DNA of 25,297 nt from a virus. Lineage: Duplodnaviria; Caudoviricetes. The position numbers and the translations under genes are program-made. Of this stretch, positions 1-8,224 are shown one piece after another. The stretch covers positions 1 through 25,297 of the IMG/VR virus record IMGVR_UViG_3300043409_001340, one strand, 5' to 3'. Numbering within the stretch: position 1 is the first letter of the stretch; every line of letters begins with the position of its first letter. The notes under the pieces were generated by a model. It was not told the origin of the DNA. It saw only the letters and a program-made list of their open reading frames with translations, and did not search any database.

Positions 1-100
1 TGCTCTTTATTGCTGTTGCATTCCTTTTATTTGCTACATAGTCGTTAAAATTTAATGTGTTATCTGATGCTAGTCTTGGACGCTGTTTGGCTTTTGACAA
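1..100 (-). CDS. 5' end of a divergently transcribed gene (partial, runs off window start); possibly a PhoH-like protein
   Basis: Not in the ORF track. Minus-strand TTG at 100 has a GGAGG Shine-Dalgarno (complement of 107-111) 6 nt upstream. The frame is open to position 1: MSKAKQRPRLASDNTLNFNDYVANKRNATAIKS. A TAAATA element lies on the minus strand at 130-135. The PhoH guess rests only on recalled similarity of basic N-termini in such phages, and no Walker A is visible. Confidence 0.6.
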   Translation of the reverse strand, partial: MSKAKQRPRLASDNTLNFNDYVANKRNATAIKS

Positions 101-129
101 GAGTGACCTCCATTAAGTTATCACAAAAG

Positions 130-137
130 TATTTAAT
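130..137 (-). promoter_or_regulatory. T4-late-like promoter (ATTAAATA) for the divergent minus-strand gene
   Basis: The reverse complement reads TTAAATACTT, the same TAAATACT context as the + strand sites at 241, 14902 and 16697. It lies 30 nt upstream of the TTG. Confidence 0.45.
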
Positions 138-184
138 TAAGTTTTGTTGTTTCATAAACGTACAGTAAAACCAACAGAAACTAG

Positions 185-192
185 TATAAATA
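185..192 (+). promoter_or_regulatory. T4-type late promoter TATAAATA
   Basis: Exact match to the T4 gp55 late consensus in an intergenic region. Confidence 0.5.
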
Positions 193-238
193 AAGGGCTG
201 TGTCAGATTTAATTACTAGAATAAAATATCTCCGCATG

Positions 239-246
239 TATAAATA
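239..246 (+). promoter_or_regulatory. T4-type late promoter TATAAATA
   Basis: Exact consensus, 5 nt before the ATG at 252, with no SD in between. Confidence 0.65.
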
Positions 247-251
247 CTATT

Positions 252-857
252 ATGGATAATCCCACTACCCCATTAATTAAACGTGTAATTGAGAACACTC
301 GCCAGATCTCATTGAGTACCACAATGCTCAATCAACTTATGGATTTTGAGCGAGTATTAGATAGTGTTAACCTATATGTATTCGACAACTGGATCAATGG
401 TGAATTAGTTGAAGGTCCGGTAGTTAAAAAATACTGGACCACATGCAAATTCATGTGGCCATTGCATAAAATGCCCGACCCACGTGGTGGGCAAAAATTA
501 TTAAATTACGGATGTAGAGTTACATACGAGAAAAGCAAGTTAGAACACCCAGTCAAAGTTGAGTCGTACGACGACTTTGAATCTGGTACAAAATACCCCA
601 AAATGAAATTGCGGCCAATTTGGATAGTGGAAATTGCCATGCCAAAATCGCTAATGGGCGAAATTAAACGTGGTAGTTTAGATGTTGAGGGCGAGGATAT
701 TGATCTAAGCGATGTTGAAAAAGCATACGAGAATGATTTAGATGATCAAAGCAATGAAATAGCGGGAATGGAAGGGAATGCCGCACCTGCAGGCCCCCCA
801 GGTTCTCCGTTACTAGCCCCAGGTGCTCCACCACAACCTGCACCCCCTTTGGCCTAG
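252..857 (+). CDS. Hypothetical late protein (201 aa) with acidic then Pro/Ala-rich C-terminal tail
   Basis: Long ORF directly after a late promoter. Globular-looking N-terminal part and low-complexity tail. No recognised motif. Confidence 0.85.
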   Translation: MDNPTTPLIKRVIENTRQISLSTTMLNQLMDFERVLDSVNLYVFDNWINGELVEGPVVKKYWTTCKFMWPLHKMPDPRGGQKLLNYGCRVTYEKSKLEHPVKVESYDDFESGTKYPKMKLRPIWIVEIAMPKSLMGEIKRGSLDVEGEDIDLSDVEKAYENDLDDQSNEIAGMEGNAAPAGPPGSPLLAPGAPPQPAPPLA

Positions 858-865
858 GACTTATT

Positions 866-1414
866 ATGACAAAACTTACTGAAAGTTTAAAACAACACGA
901 CCTAATCAATCTAGTGAGCAATAAAATTCACATTGACGAATACAAGAGCAAAATGGGTAGTGATAATGATGTAATAGTATTGAGCTTCAAAGTCAAAGGC
1001 AAAGAACCAGGTTTAGACTTGGTAGATTATATTGAAAAGTCACAACCAAATGTATTAGATGCTGATGTTAGTAGTGGTGAATTAGATGATGGTGAATATT
1101 TAGTATTTGTTGAACTGGAACGTCGCCACAGTGCTGTAGAAGATATAATAACGTTAGTAGATGAGCTAAAGAATTTAGTAGATATTGATATTGAGGATTT
1201 TCAATTTAGATATACCAAAGATGGTGCCTATTCACCACTTACATTCAATGCGTTAAGCAGATCAGTACCATTAACTTCTAGAGAGTACAAATCAAAATAT
1301 GGCAAAGAGCCAATTGACGAGATACGTACAGCCGCAGGACTTCCTATACCCAAGAGTCGTGCTAAAAAAACTAAGTATATGGATGATTTGCAAGTCGCTG
1401 CCGGAATAAAATAA
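866..1414 (+). CDS. Hypothetical protein (182 aa), possibly head-associated
   Basis: AGGA SD at 856-859. N-terminus MTKLTE|S resembles an LxE protease site. The C-terminal IRTAAGL and LQVAAGIK motifs resemble LKVLAGI in ORF 14913. Confidence 0.85.
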   Translation: MTKLTESLKQHDLINLVSNKIHIDEYKSKMGSDNDVIVLSFKVKGKEPGLDLVDYIEKSQPNVLDADVSSGELDDGEYLVFVELERRHSAVEDIITLVDELKNLVDIDIEDFQFRYTKDGAYSPLTFNALSRSVPLTSREYKSKYGKEPIDEIRTAAGLPIPKSRAKKTKYMDDLQVAAGIK

Positions 1415-1415
1415 T

Positions 1416-1907
1416 ATGAATGCCTATGCTGGACTAATCAAAGTGGCAATTATTGCGGCTATATTACTGGCTGCATGGTTTGCAATGGATAGTTTAACTA
1501 GTCTTAGGGCTGATTTGGCTATTGCACAACAAAATACTAAAAAGTTGGAAGATGGCATCAAAGATCAAAAAGCGGCAATTGATCAAATGCAAGCTGAGAA
1601 TAAACAAATACGTGAAATAAACTCCAGTTTAAACACACAAGTACAATTACAGAATCGTGATGTACAGAATTTACAAGATAAATTTAAAACTGACAACAAA
1701 GGCAATCAACGTGATTTTGGCGCACTGGCCACAAAAAACCCCGGTGCTATTGAAAATGCAGTAAATAGAGGTACGCAAAATACCACCAGATGTTTGGAGA
1801 TTGCTAGCGGTAGTCCATTAACTGAAAAAGAACGCAGTGCTACATTAAAGACAGAAATCAATCCCGAATGCCCAAGCATTGCAAATCCTAAATATGTTCC
1901 TAAATAA
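1416..1907 (+). CDS. Putative inner-membrane spanin (Rz-like, i-spanin)
   Basis: Single N-terminal hydrophobic TM (LIKVAIIAAILLAAWFAM), long Q/N/K-rich coiled-coil region and two C-terminal Cys. Its 3' end overlaps a lipoprotein gene. Confidence 0.75.
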   Translation: MNAYAGLIKVAIIAAILLAAWFAMDSLTSLRADLAIAQQNTKKLEDGIKDQKAAIDQMQAENKQIREINSSLNTQVQLQNRDVQNLQDKFKTDNKGNQRDFGALATKNPGAIENAVNRGTQNTTRCLEIASGSPLTEKERSATLKTEINPECPSIANPKYVPK

Positions 1908-2301
1908 AATCATCCTTGTAGTTAGTATACTAGCACTATCAGGCTGTGCTAGTTTTGATTTTGGCTTTGGTAAACCCACTGAAAAGCCTATTATTATTGC
2001 TACTAAAGCAGTAGAAAAAACACCGTTGGCATTGGCAGATCCAGCGCCGCTACGTTTAAAAGTGCCCAAGTGGAAAGTAGTTACACCACAAAACGTTGAT
2101 GCAATCTGGAAAGATCTGCAAGATAAGAAAGTAGATTTGGTTTTATTTGCATTAACTGACGATGGGTATGAAGAATTAAGTGTAGATATGGCTGAAATAC
2201 GTAATTTAATCGCAACACAGCGGAGTATCATACTTAAATATAAAGAGTATTATGAGACTTCACAGCCTTCTCAGCAAAAAGAAGCAATAAGTAATAAATA
2301 A
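1894..2301 (+). CDS. Putative outer-membrane spanin lipoprotein (Rz1-like, o-spanin)
   Basis: The start is likely the ATG at 1894 rather than the TTG at 1879. MFLNKIILVVSILALSG|C is a signal peptide II with lipobox LSGC. The +2 residue is Ala (not Asp), consistent with outer-membrane sorting. Pro-rich segment follows, and the gene overlaps the i-spanin. Confidence 0.75.
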   Translation: MFLNKIILVVSILALSGCASFDFGFGKPTEKPIIIATKAVEKTPLALADPAPLRLKVPKWKVVTPQNVDAIWKDLQDKKVDLVLFALTDDGYEELSVDMAEIRNLIATQRSIILKYKEYYETSQPSQQKEAISNK

Positions 2302-2321
2302 AATATAGGGAGATTTTTAAC

Positions 2322-2552
2322 ATGGCAAAATCAGCAATGGAGTTAATGAGAATTTATTCGGATATTGTACGTGAAGCCGAAGAAAAAGAAGTTGGATTTT
2401 ACAATAAGCATACTGGTAAAACAGACAAGGCTCGCGAAGTTAAAGGTAAAAGCTATGGCAATCAAAAGCCAGACTTTGCTGATATCGATGATGACGGCGA
2501 TGAAGATGAAGCAATGAAAAAAGCGGCCAAAGATAAAAAAGCCAAGAAGTAA
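2322..2552 (+). CDS. Small highly charged protein (76 aa), possibly a head-internal protein
   Basis: AATAAATA at 2293-2300 and GGGAG SD at 2308-2312. Contains IVRE|AE, an acidic patch and a Lys-rich C-terminus. Confidence 0.75.
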   Translation: MAKSAMELMRIYSDIVREAEEKEVGFYNKHTGKTDKAREVKGKSYGNQKPDFADIDDDGDEDEAMKKAAKDKKAKK

Positions 2553-2576
2553 TTTTAAAAATACAAGGAGCTCAAC

Positions 2577-2870
2577 ATGGCTGCACCACAAGAAGAACAT
2601 TGGATGCAAAAACTATGGCGTCCAGCAATGGGTTGGACATACATGGCAATTAACGTATTTGACTTTATTTTGGCACCAGCATTTGTTCTATATCTTAGAA
2701 TGAAGGGTGTACAAGTTGATATGTGGAAAAGTTTGACCTTGGATAACGGCGGATTTATTCACCTAGCCTTTGGTGCAATATTGGGGGTTAGTGCATATGG
2801 TCGTAGTCAAGAAAAAACCAAATCACTAGAAATGAACGGCAACAATATTGACGCTGACGATAAGAAGTAA
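2577..2870 (+). CDS. Putative holin (resembles the GTA 'holin of 3TMs' family)
   Basis: AAGGAG SD. WRPAMGW motif, two hydrophobic segments, LGVSAYGRSQEK and a charged C-terminal tail. Located just downstream of the spanin pair. Confidence 0.65.
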   Translation: MAAPQEEHWMQKLWRPAMGWTYMAINVFDFILAPAFVLYLRMKGVQVDMWKSLTLDNGGFIHLAFGAILGVSAYGRSQEKTKSLEMNGNNIDADDKK

Positions 2871-2886
2871 TTAAGTTCAATTAGCG

Positions 2887-2915
2887 TTGACAGCGGTGTG
2901 GGGCTCACGTATAAT
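2887..2915 (+). promoter_or_regulatory. Consensus sigma70 promoter upstream of dnaJ
   Basis: TTGACA (2887-2892), a 17-nt spacer, then TATAAT (2910-2915): a perfect consensus. Confidence 0.85.
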
Positions 2916-2933
2916 ACGTATGTGAGCCCCATA
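2897..2933 (+). repeat. Inverted repeat/hairpin enclosing the -10 box of the dnaJ promoter
   Basis: TGGGGCTCAC (2899-2908) and GTGAGCCCCA (2922-2931) form a perfect 10-bp stem, extendable with G-U pairs on the + strand. Confidence 0.85.
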
Positions 2934-2938
2934 TCATT

Positions 2939-3793
2939 ATGAAAAATCCCTACGAAATATTAGGCATTACTGCTTCAGCTAGTCCTGAGGAAATTAAGAA
3001 AGCCTATCGTAAACTGGCCAGTACACATCATCCAGACAAGGGTGGAGATACGGCCAAATTTCAAGAGATACAAACAGCATACGATATAATAAGCGATCCG
3101 GCTAAACGAGCTCAATACGATACAGGCGGATATCACCAAACTACCGGTCAGCAACAATCAGGTTGGCATAACTTTGGTGGTCCATTTAGCAATGGATTTG
3201 GCCCACAGTTTGATGACTTGCGTGACTTTTTTAGTCATGCCTCAGGCGGCGGTGGGGGTCAACGAGTACGACCAAATCAGGACATTGCAATAGATCATAC
3301 TATCACATTGTATGATAGTTTGCATGGTAAAAAAGAAACAATGCAATTTAAGACAGCACGTGGTACATCAACCACAATAGAGATTGTTATACCGCCTTTT
3401 GCTACTAACGGACTTAGAATACGATATCCAGAACATGGTGATGATAGATACACTGGCGTAAAACGCGGAGATTTAGTAGTTAACATTCATTTAGTGTTGC
3501 CACCAGGATATTGGCTGGAGCATGGAAACTTATTATGTAAAGATATTGATTTAACAGTGTGGCAAGCAATGACTGGTGCTGAATATGAATTTAACACGTT
3601 TGATGGTAAAGTGTTTAATATAAAAATTCCAGCTGGAACACAGCCAGGTACTAGATTTAAGTTAGCGGGCCAGGGAATGATGATTAGTAAAATAAAGCGA
3701 GGGGATTTATGTTTAGTAGCAAATATTAAAATACCAGCAATAACACAGCAAGAAAAAGTTGATATTATTATGTCTTTAACCTATAACGAATAA
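2939..3793 (+). CDS. dnaJ: DnaJ/CbpA-like J-domain co-chaperone (class B, no zinc finger)
   Basis: J-domain NPYEILG...[19 protein letters not shown] with HPD motif, a G/F-rich linker and C-terminal GDL / IPAGTQPG motifs. No CxxCxGxG repeats. Confidence 0.92.
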   Translation: MKNPYEILGITASASPEEIKKAYRKLASTHHPDKGGDTAKFQEIQTAYDIISDPAKRAQYDTGGYHQTTGQQQSGWHNFGGPFSNGFGPQFDDLRDFFSHASGGGGGQRVRPNQDIAIDHTITLYDSLHGKKETMQFKTARGTSTTIEIVIPPFATNGLRIRYPEHGDDRYTGVKRGDLVVNIHLVLPPGYWLEHGNLLCKDIDLTVWQAMTGAEYEFNTFDGKVFNIKIPAGTQPGTRFKLAGQGMMISKIKRGDLCLVANIKIPAITQQEKVDIIMSLTYNE

Positions 3794-3806
3794 ATATTTC
3801 TATCAT

Positions 3807-6041
3807 ATGATAAACTATAATGCAGATTTGGAAAAGATTATAAACGATGCAATTGCCCTGGCGCAAGAATACACTCACGAATACGTGATGTTGGAACATG
3901 TATTGCTATCCTTGGTTAAGAACAAAAAATTTAAAGCGTTTTTAACGGATTATGGCCTAGATGTGGTCGGGTTAGTTACTGATATCGAATCTTATCTGGA
4001 AAGTTTAGAAAAATCAGCCACAACAGAAAAACCCAAACGTACTAATAGTTTAGAACGTGTGTTTAGCAGAGCCCTTACGCAAGTATTGTTTAGTGGCCGC
4101 GGAGAAGTATTGCCGCTTGATGTGTTCCTTAGTATCAGTGTTGAGTCACATAGTCATGCCAGCTACTTTATACAAAAGTATGGAGTGGATAAAGCTAAAC
4201 TAGTAAAGTTCTTTAATAAAAACTACAGCAAAGCCAACAAGGATGTTTCGGATTCCCGAGCAGACAGTATATTAGACGAATACTGTACTAATGTAAACAA
4301 GTTATGTGAAGAAGGAAAGATTGATCCAGTTATCAGTCGTGATGATGAACTGGCCGAAATTATTCAAGTACTAGCTCGTAAGAATAAGAGTAACGTATTG
4401 TTAGTGGGTGATCCGGGTGTGGGCAAAACGGCTATTGTGGAAGGATTGGCATACAATATACTCAAGGGTTTTGTGCCAGATTACTTAAAAAACTTTATAG
4501 TATACAATCTAGATGTTGGTAGTTTGCTGGCTGGCAGTAAGTATCGTGGTGAGTTTGAAGAAAAACTCAAAGACATACTTACTGCAATGGAAGCAAAAAA
4601 GAACTGTATCTTGTTTATTGATGAAGCACATCAAATGAAAGGCGCTGGTGCCGGAAGTCAAAGTAGTGTGGATTTGGCCAACATGTTAAAACCATCCCTG
4701 GCTAAAGGAAAAATCAAAGTGATCGCCTCTACTACGTGGGAAGAATATACTCAGAGTTTTGAAAAAGATCGCGCATTAATGCGTCGATTCTATCGGTTAA
4801 GTGTTGATGAACCCACAGTAGATACTACCAAGAAAATTTTACGTGGACTAAAATCCAGTTACGAGGAATTTCATGGTGGCAAGATATCAGAAACTGCTAT
4901 TGATATTGCAGTTGAGTACAGTGACAGATATATTCGTGATAGGAAACTACCTGACAAAGCTATTGACTTAATTGATATGGCATGTGCTAAAGCCAAAATT
5001 AAAGCAGGCAAATTTTTAATTACCAAATCACATATTTTAGACATAGTGAGCAAGCAAACTAAAATACCATTACAGCAGTTAATGGGGGAACGTGATCAAG
5101 TGTCGGTGACGCTAGAGGATACTATTAAAGAGAAGTTATATGGGCAAGACCATGCTGTTGATACGGTATTGGCAAAAATATTTGTGGCCAAAGCTGGCCT
5201 TAAATCGCTTAATAAGCCCATAGGTAATTTCTTATTCACCGGCCCAACCGGTGTTGGTAAGACAGAACTTGCTAAGTTATTAAGTCAACAGTTAAGCATG
5301 AAGTTGTTGCGATTTGATATGAGTGAATACCAGGAACGGCATAGTGTTGCTAAACTAATTGGTGCTCCTCCTGGCTATGTGGGTTATGAAGATGGCAGTA
5401 TGGCTGGTGGGTTACTTATTAGTGAAGTAGAAAAGCATCCTCACTCAATTATATTGTTTGATGAAATTGAAAAAGCGCATCCAGATGTTTATAACGTATT
5501 GTTGCAGGTAATGGATGACGGTGTAGCCACTGGCAGCAACGGAAAGAAAGCCGACTGTCGTAACACTATTGTTATTATGACCAGTAACTTGGGTGCTGAA
5601 GCTAACGAACGCAGTAATATAGGATTTACCACAGCATTAGACCGTACAGATGCTGATGATAAAGAGGTCAAGGACTTCTTTAAACCTGAATTTAGAAATA
5701 GATTGGATGCAATTGTTAAATTTAAGTCATTGGATACTCTCAGTATTAAGAAAGTAGTTAATAAGTTCGTGCAAGAGTTAAATGAACTACTTAGTAGCAA
5801 ACAACTTAAAGTTCGTTGCAGTGAGAGTTGTATCGATGCATTAATAACAAAGGGATACGATAAAAAGATGGGTGCAAGACCGTTGGCCAGAGTCATTGAC
5901 AACGAAATTAAAACACCATTAAGCAGGAAGTTGTTGTTCGAAGTAGTTAAACCCAATAGTATAATCACTATTGATTATATTGATTCTAAGTTTGCATTTG
6001 AAATAGAGTCCAGTAAGGTAAAGGTGTTTGATGATCAATAA
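3807..6041 (+). CDS. clpA: ClpA-like ATP-dependent Clp protease ATP-binding subunit (AAA+)
   Basis: Clp N-domain (HEYVMLEHVLLSL). NBD1 GDPGVGKT / LFIDEAH and GSKYRGEFEE pore loop. NBD2 GPTGVGKT / LFDEIEKAH, GAPPGYVGY and MGARPL. IGF loop (SNIGF). At 744 aa it lacks the ClpB M-domain. Confidence 0.93.
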   Translation: MINYNADLEKIINDAIALAQEYTHEYVMLEHVLLSLVKNKKFKAFLTDYGLDVVGLVTDIESYLESLEKSATTEKPKRTNSLERVFSRALTQVLFSGRGEVLPLDVFLSISVESHSHASYFIQKYGVDKAKLVKFFNKNYSKANKDVSDSRADSILDEYCTNVNKLCEEGKIDPVISRDDELAEIIQVLARKNKSNVLLVGDPGVGKTAIVEGLAYNILKGFVPDYLKNFIVYNLDVGSLLAGSKYRGEFEEKLKDILTAMEAKKNCILFIDEAHQMKGAGAGSQSSVDLANMLKPSLAKGKIKVIASTTWEEYTQSFEKDRALMRRFYRLSVDEPTVDTTKKILRGLKSSYEEFHGGKISETAIDIAVEYSDRYIRDRKLPDKAIDLIDMACAKAKIKAGKFLITKSHILDIVSKQTKIPLQQLMGERDQVSVTLEDTIKEKLYGQDHAVDTVLAKIFVAKAGLKSLNKPIGNFLFTGPTGVGKTELAKLLSQQLSMKLLRFDMSEYQERHSVAKLIGAPPGYVGYEDGSMAGGLLISEVEKHPHSIILFDEIEKAHPDVYNVLLQVMDDGVATGSNGKKADCRNTIVIMTSNLGAEANERSNIGFTTALDRTDADDKEVKDFFKPEFRNRLDAIVKFKSLDTLSIKKVVNKFVQELNELLSSKQLKVRCSESCIDALITKGYDKKMGARPLARVIDNEIKTPLSRKLLFEVVKPNSIITIDYIDSKFAFEIESSKVKVFDDQ

Positions 6042-6828
6042 CAATATATGGAGTACAGTCAATCCAACAGCAACTATTGTTCCAGTTAGTAGAAAGTTTT
6101 ATGGCCAGTATTACTATAAGATTACTATCAAATCGCCAGAAGTACAGGACATAGTGAGTGGGTTGCGGAAAGGACAATCTAGCGATATTGTACTTGCCGA
6201 AGCCAAAAAGAGACGTAACTGGCGCAATAGTTATAATAACACGTATACAAGATCGTTTACTGGTGCAGATGAGCAATTGTTAATGGACCTAACAATCTAC
6301 CTAACAGCGCAGTCACCACCAGTCAAGATGCGGGTAGAGCGCGACAACTTGGCTTGTTATTTTGTTACAGAACAAGAAGCTGAAAAATTTACAAAATCAG
6401 TATCGCCACAAGTGAGACAGAAGATTGAAACAATAAGTGTGCCTGACAGTGAGCAAAGTTTACGGATTTTAGCCAAAGACTTAATCATACTCAAACGAGA
6501 AACCCCTTATCGGTTTTTGGTTACTATACGAGAAGGTAGATATCAAATAGCAGATACCAAACGGTTATTAACATATCTTAAGAATGTGGATGCTAAAGTA
6601 TCAGCTGGGCTTGCAGAAAAACTTAACGGTACCTTTGCAGATCGAGTCAAATCTACCAGGCTGGCATGGCAATCGTTATCAAACATTGTTACTGATACTT
6701 ACTACTTTAATGGTATTAGATTTTACCTAAAAGAAGAAGCAGAAGTCAGTTGGTTACATTTGACTTGGCCAGGCAAGATAGGAAAAATTCAACAGGTAGT
6801 TTATGCAGGTAAATACACTGAGGAGTAA
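6031..6828 (+). CDS. Hypothetical protein (~265 aa)
   Basis: Long ORF overlapping the clpA stop. The start is the ATG at 6031 or the TTG at 6028. No recognised motif. Confidence 0.8.
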   Translation: MINNNIWSTVNPTATIVPVSRKFYGQYYYKITIKSPEVQDIVSGLRKGQSSDIVLAEAKKRRNWRNSYNNTYTRSFTGADEQLLMDLTIYLTAQSPPVKMRVERDNLACYFVTEQEAEKFTKSVSPQVRQKIETISVPDSEQSLRILAKDLIILKRETPYRFLVTIREGRYQIADTKRLLTYLKNVDAKVSAGLAEKLNGTFADRVKSTRLAWQSLSNIVTDTYYFNGIRFYLKEEAEVSWLHLTWPGKIGKIQQVVYAGKYTEE

Positions 6829-6833
6829 TTTAT

Positions 6834-7001
6834 ATGGCTAAAATCCAGGAAGAAGTAATAACATTGAAGTTTAGTAAGTTAATTAAAAGCACTGACGAAT
6901 TAGGTGCTGATCTACTTGCATCTGCAGACACAATTGCTGCCTTGGTGCAAGTTGCACAAGAATTAGTCGGATCAGATGTAATTGTTGAATTAGCCGAGTA
7001 A
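6834..7001 (+). CDS. Small hypothetical protein (55 aa) missing from the ORF track
   Basis: GAGGAG SD at 6820-6825, ATG at 6834, TAA at 6999-7001. Translation: MAKIQEEVITLKFSKLIKSTDELGADLLASADTIAALVQVAQELVGSDVIVELAE. It exactly fills the gap to the next ATG (7003). TAAATA at 6810-6815. Confidence 0.8.
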   Translation: MAKIQEEVITLKFSKLIKSTDELGADLLASADTIAALVQVAQELVGSDVIVELAE

Positions 7002-7002
7002 T

Positions 7003-7710
7003 ATGTCTGAACCAAAAAAATCGCATGTCTATTTTGCGTTGCCGTGCTATGGTGGATTAATGTACGAAGCTTGTTTTATGAGTTTGCTTCGGTTTACAGT
7101 GATGTCCAAAGCAGTTAATATTGAGTGGACTGTGGATACTATGGTAAATGAAAGTTTGATTCCCCGTGGAAGAAATAACTTAGTTGCCAAGTTCTTAACT
7201 AATACAGAGGCTACACATTTAATGTTTGTTGATGCAGATATCAGATGGAATCCTGAATATTTGATCAGAATGTTACAAGCTGACAAAGATATTGTGTGTG
7301 GACTATATCCAATGAAGTCCATGCCACCACGATTTGTAATTAATGCATTAAAAGATGGTGAAAAACAAGGTCACTTAGAAGAAGTAGAAACTGCTGGTAC
7401 TGGGTTTATGCTTATCAAACGTAGTTGTTTAGAAGAAATGGTTGCAGCCTACCCAGAAACCAAATACAATGACAACATTGGGATTGGTAAAAAGTACGAA
7501 CCAAACATGTATGCATTATTTGATACCATGATTGATGAAAAGCAGAATTATTTAAGTGAAGATTGGGCGTTTTGTCATCGTTGGCGAGCATTGGGCAAGA
7601 AAGTTTGGGTCGATAAAAGTGTTATACTTGACCATCAAGGAACTTATTTGTTCCAGGGCCAAGATGCATTAGAAAACTTAAAAAATGAACAGGTGAGGAA
7701 TAGTGTATGA
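7003..7710 (+). CDS. GT-A fold glycosyltransferase-like protein
   Basis: FALPCYGG N-terminal strand, SLIPRGRNNLV, DxD motif (LMFVDADI), GTGFMLIKR and LSEDWAFC: typical of GT2-like nucleotide-diphospho-sugar transferases. Confidence 0.8.
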   Translation: MSEPKKSHVYFALPCYGGLMYEACFMSLLRFTVMSKAVNIEWTVDTMVNESLIPRGRNNLVAKFLTNTEATHLMFVDADIRWNPEYLIRMLQADKDIVCGLYPMKSMPPRFVINALKDGEKQGHLEEVETAGTGFMLIKRSCLEEMVAAYPETKYNDNIGIGKKYEPNMYALFDTMIDEKQNYLSEDWAFCHRWRALGKKVWVDKSVILDHQGTYLFQGQDALENLKNEQVRNSV

Positions 7711-8195
7711 CAGACAACACAGCACGTGAAAACTTAAATGTAGAAATACATTTCAAACCCACTATTTTAACTATTGGTGACAGAACAAAACTTCCCCAGT
7801 ATAGTGTGCATTTCAACAACAATCTCGCGGTACTTACATTTGCTGAACCAAAAGATGAAATACATATAGCATCGTTCTCTATCGTTACTATAGTTGACGG
7901 TGACAACGTTATTGATGTGCGGTTGTTAAACAAAGGTCCAAGAGATACACAGCAGGATGATGCTGGAAATATTGTTGGAGATTTGTCGCTAGAAATAGTT
8001 AAAATAATGATCGACGATATTGATTTGGGTGATACCCTTATTAAACAACACTGCATATACGACTTAGATCAAGAAGTTAATTTTGGCGGTGAGAAAACCA
8101 AACAATTAAAAGAACACGTAAATCTTAGTTGGAATGGTTCATGGAAACTTACATTTAAATCCCCCTTCTATCTATGGCTGCTTGAATCCCTTTAA
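7707..8195 (+). CDS. Hypothetical protein (162 aa, beta-rich)
   Basis: ATGA overlap with the upstream gene. Ends with a WNGSW...SPFYLWLLE motif. Confidence 0.8.
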   Translation: MTDNTARENLNVEIHFKPTILTIGDRTKLPQYSVHFNNNLAVLTFAEPKDEIHIASFSIVTIVDGDNVIDVRLLNKGPRDTQQDDAGNIVGDLSLEIVKIMIDDIDLGDTLIKQHCIYDLDQEVNFGGEKTKQLKEHVNLSWNGSWKLTFKSPFYLWLLESL

Positions 8196-8224
8196 GCTAA
8201 ATAAAGCAATAGGGGATATTTCAG

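Noticed and set aside
2881-2933. CIRCE (HrcA) operator upstream of dnaJ
   Set aside because: It begins TTAGC but does not match TTAGCACTC-N9-GAGTGCTAA. The real inverted repeat has a different sequence.
4413-4428. CCGGGTGTGGGC in clpA resembling the GVAE repeat
   Set aside because: It encodes the Walker A PGVGKT and diverges after GGTGTGG, so it is explained by protein constraint.
2939-6041. Bacterial chromosome origin suggested by dnaJ/clpA/recA
   Set aside because: The gp17-like terminase, gp32-like SSB, UvsY, spanins and TATAAATA promoters indicate a T4-like phage.
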